DNA from: Eledone cirrhosa
Lineage: Eukaryota
Reading direction: 5' to 3'
Length of the DNA stretch: 64,000 nt
Assembly: GCA_964016885.1 (NCBI GenBank)
Contig: OZ024745.1
Location: 30,814,001-30,878,000, forward strand
Part shown: positions 56,365 through 64,000 of the stretch, one piece after another
Layout: each line of letters begins with the position of its first letter
Position numbering within the stretch: position 1 is the stretch's first letter
Made by a program: the position numbers and the translations under genes
The notes under the pieces: model-generated
Seen by the model: the letters and a program-made list of their open reading frames with translations, nothing else
What the model was told of the DNA's origin: nothing
Databases searched by the model: none

Positions 56365-56575
56365 TGGGTGGATAGAATCGGTAGAGCATCGAACGAAATT
56401 ATCTGCAGTATTTGTTCCGCTTCTTTAGGTTCTGAGTTCAAATCCCACCAAGGTCAACTTTGCCTTTCATCCTTCTAGGTTCGATAAAACCAAGTACCAG
56501 TCAAATACTGCGTTTACATTTCCGACTTTTACCCTTGCCCTAAATTTCTGGCCCTGTACCTAAATTAGAAACCAT
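56365..56575 (+). mobile_element. Diverged SINE family 1
   Basis: GAGTTCAAATCCCACC..GCCTTTCATCCTT..GATAAAA..GTACCAG. Confidence 0.7.
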
Positions 56576-57974
56576 TGTGATTATTATTACAGTCAGAGGA
56601 GTGGGAGGAAAACACCCGTGGCCTTTGATGGCCCTTCCCTGTCTAGCAAGATCAATGAGGCTTCAATCTTTTGTTTATATTTTCACTAGACGCATACGCC
56701 CTATATTTAACTTTGCAAAAGCTTATTATTATCAAGACCTCATCTATTTACTAGCAAGGTGCAGACATTTCTTGACACACGGTAACACCATTGTTCTTCT
56801 AACTCGATTGTTCCTTCTTATTAATCCATTCAATGCCTGTATTTGGTGACACAGTCCTATAGTTACTGGGGCATGAGGAAAGGCATATCTCGTTCATTAC
56901 AATAGAACTACCTATGCTGTTCAAAGTTCTTGTTTGCTTTCTTTCTTCTTTAGTTTGATAGTTTAAAGGTGTATCTGTTAGAAGGTTAAAAGGTTTGAAA
57001 GGTTTTTAATGTTTATTGGTTTAATGGTTTGATTGTTCAGTAGAGTTTGATTGTTCAATATGTGGCACACAAACTACTTTTCTAAGGCCCGCGGTAAAAT
57101 AATTATGCTTTCCTTGTTTTAATAATATTTATAGTATAATTTATTGCAATTTTACCCATGAAATACAATAAAATTGAAAAATAGGAATTTATCAAACGTG
57201 AATACGGAAAATGCCACACCCCCTACATTTTGTACTAATTCACATATCCCACTTACTATCATATGTGTATTCATTTTGAAATAAATAAATAACAGCCTAT
57301 CAGCTGTATTGCAGATTAGTATTATAACTGGTGAAAATCATACCCCCACCCTCATATCACATTTAGCCTGATGTGCCTCTCCCCAAGGGCGTAATGGCCC
57401 GTTTGAGTTCTTCAGTTTGAGACCCGGTTTAATAGTTTAACACATTTTATGTCTGAAACATATTAAGTTAAATTTGATGCTGTGTTAATGTTGTTGTTAA
57501 TGTAGGATTTTATTGTCACTGTTGTTAATATTATCATGTCGGACTGCCTGCCGGTTAAAGAATTGTTGATATCGCTATAATTATTATTATTTGTGTTTTT
57601 CATCTTTCAGTTTTGTTTCCATTTCTTGCCGAGTGTCTTCCCGACATCTATGGCAGAGAAACTCACTGCATACATTGGTAAGCCACAAAAATAAACGCAC
57701 CAGATTCTTCCCGTCATGCACATTACACAGTTACAAGTATATCCTTTGCTTTGTACATGTGTACAATATCTGTTTAAAATCACATTCACAACAGAATGAT
57801 ATTCTATCATATAAGAGTGCTCGAGTATTTACAACTTACATAATCATGGAGTATAATCAAATAAAGTTATGTAAAAGAAAGTACATAGAGGGTTATTATT
57901 TTCACAGCAATAGTGCTCTTCTTAATATGTTGCCATGCCAGTTAAAACAATTTTTCGCACTTCTTGTAGTGATG

Positions 57975-58800
57975 GTAAACCGGGGATCATTCTCAAATAA
58001 TTTTTGTTCCGTTTTTTATCATTCCTAGTGCTCCAACAATCACTGCTATTGTAACCACCTTGAGATGATACATTTTTTTAAATTTCAATGAGCAAATTTT
58101 TATATTTTCTGATCTTGACAAATTCTTTTGCTGCAATAATGTGATGACATTGGATACTCATATCAATCAATAAACAGACTTTATTATTTTGGTATTTTAC
58201 GATAATATTCGGTCTTTTAGCTGTGGTGGTTCGGTATGTACAGGAAAGTCCCGAAGAATCTTTATATTTTCTCCCTCAGTCACAGCCCCAGGGAAATGTT
58301 TATACCACTTATCAGCAGTTTTGAATATGTAACGCCGGTATATTAACCAGTGTAGATATTGGCCAACTCTGTCATGCCTTGATTTATACTCTACTGGTGC
58401 TAAAATTTTGCATTCAGAGATTAAGTGGTCCACTGTTTCAATCTCATCATTGCACAATCTGCTCTTTGGATCTATTCCATTTCTCATCACATTGACTTGA
58501 TAAGCTTTGAACTTGAGGAGCTAAGACAAAGCCTTCACTCACTGCCTTTAGCCGTGTTCTACGTAACCGCTGAAGTATGTGCTTCTGGTCAACGTTAGCT
58601 TGTTTGCTACGGACAACATATATGCCATGCAGAGGTTTCTGCTCCCACCACGATGCTAATTGTTTCTGTCCTTTTTTCTTAGCCCTTAATTTTACTTCCT
58701 TTGTGAGCCAAAAGCTTGCATTATTTTGCTGTCTAATTCTTTCAAGTGTCTGCAGTTATAAGCTCTCTGCTTTTCTGCTAATACTTCAGGCCACCAGTTG
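57975..58800 (-). pseudogene. RLE-type (R4/Dong-like) non-LTR retrotransposon C-terminal fragment
   Basis: SRLCNDEIETVDHLISECKILAPVEYKSRHDRVGQYLHW..ILRDFPVHT, a CCHC knuckle plus RHD motif. PDI-like and VIVVGALG-like motifs follow after frameshifts. Confidence 0.8.
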
Positions 58801-58849
58801 TTCCTCATCTTCCGAGTTTTACTTTGTAGTTTTGTCTTTGCTTCTATGA

Positions 58850-59900
58850 AGGCCTTCTCAAAAGTGTTCCTTACTTGACCCTCTGCAACAAGGCACTTCT
58901 CGTCATATACCTAGTTCTTCTCTTCAATGAGCTTGTTGATTACAGCGTCATTGTCAACAATCCAATCTTGGTAGTGTGTCTTCTTAAGACCGAATAGACC
59001 AACCCAAGCATTGTAAACAAGTATTTTGATCTGATTCCGAGTTCCACCAAAGACAATGTTCTCGAGTTCACTATGAAGAGCAACTCAAATGTGCTTTATC
59101 ACTTGTACCCTGCTACCCTGTTTCTTCTGATCTGCACCTTCATCTTGCCACGGACAAGTTTGTGGTCTGTACCACATTTATCACCACGCATTACTTTTAC
59201 GGAACAAATATTCTGGATGTTTCTTTTTCTAGTGATGATATCATCCAAGATGTGTCTGCACGTAGATCCTTGGTGTATCCATGTTGCCTTGTAGGTATCT
59301 TTTTGTTGAAAGAAAGTATTGCGCATGACCAACTCAAACTCAGTGCATAGTTACAATAGAAGATCATTGCATTCATCCTGCCCTTGCCATGAGGTCTTAA
59401 AACATGCCATGTGTTGTGGTCACTTCCCACACGTGCATTGAAATCTCCAAGCAACAATATATTCTCTGCGTGTATAATCGTTGTTATACAGCCTTCAAAA
59501 TATTGGTAAAAAGCTATAATTGATTCCTTACTACTATTTAAGGTAGGGACATACACTGAAATGACAGTTATGTAATATCCTCTTGAAAGAGGAACACTCA
59601 GATGCATAATTTGATCCCCAATACTTTCTGGTTGTTCCAGCCACATAGTAACCTCTGTCCGGAGAGCAAAACCTTTTCCTCCACCCCTTTTCACCCCATT
59701 TGGTTTACCTTTCCAGAAGAACGTATAACCAGCACCTCTTTCTGAAAGATGACGAAGAAGAGTTTCAAGGAGAGCAGTTATATCAATATTACACCTGCTC
59801 AATTCTCTGGATAAAAAAACGAGTTCTGACTTCTAGATTTGAGGATGATTCCCTGTCAATATGTGTTCTAGTATTCCATGTAGCAACATACAATGATTCT
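58850..59900 (-). pseudogene. RTE LINE APE endonuclease region, frameshifted
   Basis: ATWNTR..IDITALLET..GAGYTFFWKG..ISVYVPT..LLLGDFNARVG..NTFFQQ..ATWIH..DHKLV. Confidence 0.9.
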
Positions 59901-59909
59901 ATTCTTTTG

Positions 59910-59942
<33 letters not shown>

Positions 59943-59951
59943 AATATATAT

Positions 59952-59982
<31 letters not shown>

Positions 59983-60585
59983 CAAATATGACTGGAAAGA
60001 ACTTGTGTATATGTATATTTGTGTCTCCGTGTATATATTATACAATCATTCATAATCTATTTACCAGTGTTTACGTAATAAGATTTACATTTATACGAGT
60101 ATATTTCTCTACATGTATTCTAATAACTTCGTATATATTTGAATAACTCTTATCTTTATATATTTCATGTTTCGTGTTTCTAGGGACAATCTTTGGAGTT
60201 TAGCAGCTGTCAAAACCAACATTTCAACTGTGTTATCATTGTTTTCTCTTGAGCCAAGCAAGTATAAAACTGGATGTAAATAGGACTTACACTAACCACC
60301 AATCACTCCTACAGCGACATCACTCTATTCCACATATATATTGAATTTGATAATAATATACTCATTGTTATGGTGGTCGCCTCACGTCATACATTGTTTT
60401 TGACGTCGTAACTCCTGCCGTGCTACAAATACTTCTCAAACATCGAATATATTTCTTCATCACTAAATCTTTTAAAAACATTTTTATCGAATAAATCGCC
60501 AACATTTTTGCCAAAGGATCTTGGACATGAGATTTTGGACTATCAATTATTTTAGTTTTAATAGTTTATATATAATTGATTCACT

Positions 60586-61732
60586 ATGAATCCTGAACAA
60601 AGACATATCCCAAATTTGCGTTGTTTTGATAACTCAAATACGGAGATAGCTTCCGGCAGTAAAGATACCAACCATTCTGTTGCATTACTATACTCTGGTA
60701 AACTATCATGTTTGTCAAGGAAAATATTCCGAAGGACGAAACTTCGTCAAGCCTTAAGCAAAAGAATTAACACTTCTAATCAAATATCCCGCAACTCATT
60801 TCATTTGTGTCTGCTGGTCTTTTTATATCTATTACAACACACTTCAGCGACAGAGTGTTCTTTCATGGATGGCAAATGTACTTATAACATACGTCTCGCT
60901 CCACCTCAACCGGCGGCAGAAGGATCTACTGGAGGCGGAGATCAATGTAAACCTTACGCCCCGGCAAATATGAGACAATTCAGTGGCACACAAGAAAGCC
61001 AGAATGATTACGCACAAAAAATGACAACTATAGTAAAAGATTTTGATGTCATTAAAGATGATCATGAAAATCGTATCAAAGAACTGGAAAACTATATTAG
61101 AAAAAGTTTATCTAGAGGCGAAGAATCCGACGTGATGAAAGTGGCCGGTAATATAAAAGAGAAGATCAGGCAAGGTTCCAGTTCTGAATCAGGTGGCGTA
61201 AACGAATACGGAGTAACCGGTATTAAATTTGACAATACTGAAGACAATTTGATTACAAAACTCCACAGGCAGTTTTCAGCGATACGAGAACTCAATCGAC
61301 AAAAATCACAGTCGTTACGCGTGATACATTACAGGTTGAACGAAACTCGCCAAAAGTTAACCGATACACAAAACAACCTGCTGTCGACCACAAATCAACT
61401 TTTACAAGCAGAAGAAACTCTAAATAATTTGCAAGATGACAAGTATATTTTACAAAACCAACTGAAAGACAGGAACGAGAGACTAGAGCGAGCTGAGAAA
61501 CGTGCAGATGCGTTAGAAAAGAAAAATAAAGAAACAGATGAGAAATTATTGACACTTATTCGATCTGAGAACCTTCTAAAAGAAGAAATGTACACGGCTC
61601 AATTTAAGCTGAACGAAACTGAAAAGTTGTTAGAAAACGCTCGAAATCAGTATCGCCAATTGGATGTAGATTTTGTTCGTCTTATTGGAGAAATCGGCAC
61701 AAGAGAGAAACAACTGAAACAGTGCTATAAAG
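60586..61732 (+). CDS. Large coding exon of a secreted or type II membrane coiled-coil protein (angiopoietin-like N-terminal architecture); downstream exons not seen
   Basis: Non-repetitive 382-codon frame. Hydrophobic FHLCLLVFLYLL, then ECSFMDGKCTYNIRL, then long heptad-rich K/E/Q/L region. Donor AAG|GTAAGA after 61732 (phase 1). Possible acceptor TTTCTAG|G at 60183. Confidence 0.8.
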
Positions 61733-61884
61733 GTAAGACATTCATAAATTTCACAACTAATTGTTTTCTTGCAGGCAGAAACTACGGTAACGCTGTAAAA
61801 TTGGTATAAAAACAGTGTGTGTATGTATGTATGTATGTATGTATGTATGTATGTATGTATGTATGTATGTATATATGTATGTAT

Positions 61885-62489
61885 GTCAGGTCACCAGTTG
61901 GTGCTACTGGTAACATGTATCCCAGTACAACCTGTCTCATGGTCGGGCGTTGGCGACTAAACTGGCAACCCCACCAAGGTTTCTTGGTGAGGAGGGTGAC
62001 TTTGGACATCCTGTAGGACTAAAAACAAAACCTGTCAAAGGGCAAAGGAGCTCTTAAGAGTCATTGGCCATCCAAAATCACCGGGAGAGATGACCCCTTA
62101 GCCTTTGTCAAGGCAGAATTCTAGAAGGAAAACTCTGATATAACACCTGCAACCCTGGTGGTATCCAATGATGTTTATTTGTTCTTCTTTTTGGTAAATA
62201 TCATCTTGGTTAAGAGAGTGGGACTGGCTTTGTGCAGTGCCTTTGTTCACTATAAAAGCTTCACGGCACAGGCATTGCTTTATATCTGGAGATCTCTCTG
62301 CACTTGTCGTCACATGGTACCGTGGGCCCAGCACTATGTGTCAATAATTGTCACAAGTGTAGTGTTTGTACCAGAGTTTTCAAGTCGCTCGCTGGACTAA
62401 AAAGTCACACTCGTTCAGCGCATCGGTAGGGGTTCTCCTACATGGATATAAAGTAGTGGCCATACTCGAAAACGAGTTGGCAGCCACCA
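61885..62489 (+). mobile_element. Retroposon family A copy (intronic)
   Basis: Reverse complement of 3024-3632, between (ATGT)n tracts. Confidence 0.75.
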
Positions 62490-63649
62490 TGTATGTATGT
62501 ATGTATGCATGTATGTATGCATTCTACGCAATAATAAACGTTCACAGTACGAATCAACCAACGAAAGGTTGTTACGATTTTTTCGTTCGCTCGTGTTGTT
62601 TCACAGAACGGTAAAAACCTGATGGTCCTCGCGGACAGAATTGCAAAGACTTTCACTCGGAGAACAGTGAGGGAGGTGCATTAAAAGAAGCAGTCCAACT
62701 TGCGGAGTCATTCTTGCAGCTGGTCAAAACCATCCCAATCGCTGTAAGTAAGGAGGTAGTACGGATACCAAATGCACCAAAAGTTTCTACCTCTAAAGCA
62801 GGTGTGTCTCAAACTCAAGGATTCAAAGGGATCATTATGCCCTTGGGGTGATGCACAGTGAGCCAGTTATTATATTAATCTGTATTTTAGGCTGCTTTTT
62901 TCATCAAAATTGAATACACATATGATTGTATGTTGGATATGTGAATTAGTACAAAATGTAGGACAAAATGTAGGACAAGATTTTCGTTTCAAATTTTTCT
63001 CAAAAACTCACGAAAATGGTTCTGCCGCGGGCCAATGAAAAGTAGTGTGTGGGCCACATGTTTGAGGTCCCCACTCTATAGGTTGGGTTTATTATTTGAT
63101 CTGTTGGAAAGTGGTTGTTTGGCTTCATTTTATCACACCTCGGACTCACGGCTTTTCACGATTTTTCACGACTTTTCGCGGCTTTTCGTGGCTTTTCACA
63201 AATTTTTACGGATTTTCATGGCTGAATCATTTTAATGTTTATTAGCATCAGATGTTATTAATGAACACCAACGATGTTAGCGTTACTCGGCGCCTTCCTA
63301 TCGACATGTGGCGAATAGATGTTACAAGATAAAGTCATTGAAGATATTCTATATAATATATATATAAATATAACAAGTGTGTGGAGTGTGTGATAGAGGG
63401 GCAGAGGAATATGGTGAGGGGTGAGGAGATGGGTGGGGAGAGATGGGGATAAGGAGAGGGGGAGATGGGAGTGAGGAGAAGGGGGATTGAGGAGAGGAGA
63501 GAGAGAAGGAGATGGAGAGGAGGCAGAAGGTGAGAGAGGGGAAAAAGGAGAGAGTGGAGAGAATGAGAGAGAGGGAGAGAGGGAGAGAGAGCGAGAGACA
63601 GAGAGAGAAAGAGAGGGAGAGAGAGGGAGAGACCGGAGAGAATGAGAGA

Positions 63650-63686
<37 letters not shown>

Positions 63687-63828
63687 GTTAATGTGGTTGC
63701 CTTACAATATTGCTTTGTTTACTTGTAGAAAAAAGTATAAACGTTGATTTAGGTCAGATGTTAACGATCATGTAAACAGTTTTAACCCACAAGTACTGTT
63801 ACAGTGGAAATGTAGAATCACTCTCTCT

Positions 63829-63893
<65 letters not shown>

Positions 63894-64000
63894 TCTCTCT
63901 CTCTCTCTCTCTGTATATATATATAAAGAGGGTGTGGTAAGATACCAGGTGGACCAGCTGTCGAAACGGCCACAGCTCAGTCATCGGTGTCCTGACTCTT

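Noticed and set aside
61733-61809. C-terminal 25 aa of the 407-aa ORF
   Set aside because: Likely intron read-through past the GTAAGA donor.

Overview
AT-rich, repeat-dense animal genomic DNA; the SINE families and (TA)n/(CA)n load suggest an octopus/cephalopod (inference). The only convincing host coding sequence is a large exon (60586-61732, +) for a secreted or membrane-anchored coiled-coil protein. The rest is microsatellites, tRNA-derived SINEs, RTE and other LINE fragments, Helitron and mariner/pogo MITE relics, and Penelope-like (PLE) debris including a GIY-YIG endonuclease fragment. The main discovery is a 5.65-kb array (34567-40221) of apparently identical 474-bp units inserted in a (TA)n tract. 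About 6.9 units run one way and about 5.0 the other, forming a 4.8-kb palindrome centred at 37838/37839. Each unit carries a type I hammerhead ribozyme (HHR) with a palindromic, dimer-type helix III, a long extended helix I and an upstream octamer motif. This looks like a freshly integrated, rolling-circle-copied, self-cleaving circular RNA (retrozyme or retroviroid-like). A diverged solo relative lies at about 6780-7015, and at least six further distinct HHR families occur in the window, several with non-canonical cores. All ribozyme calls come from manual base-pairing; activity is untested. Most repeat boundaries are approximate.
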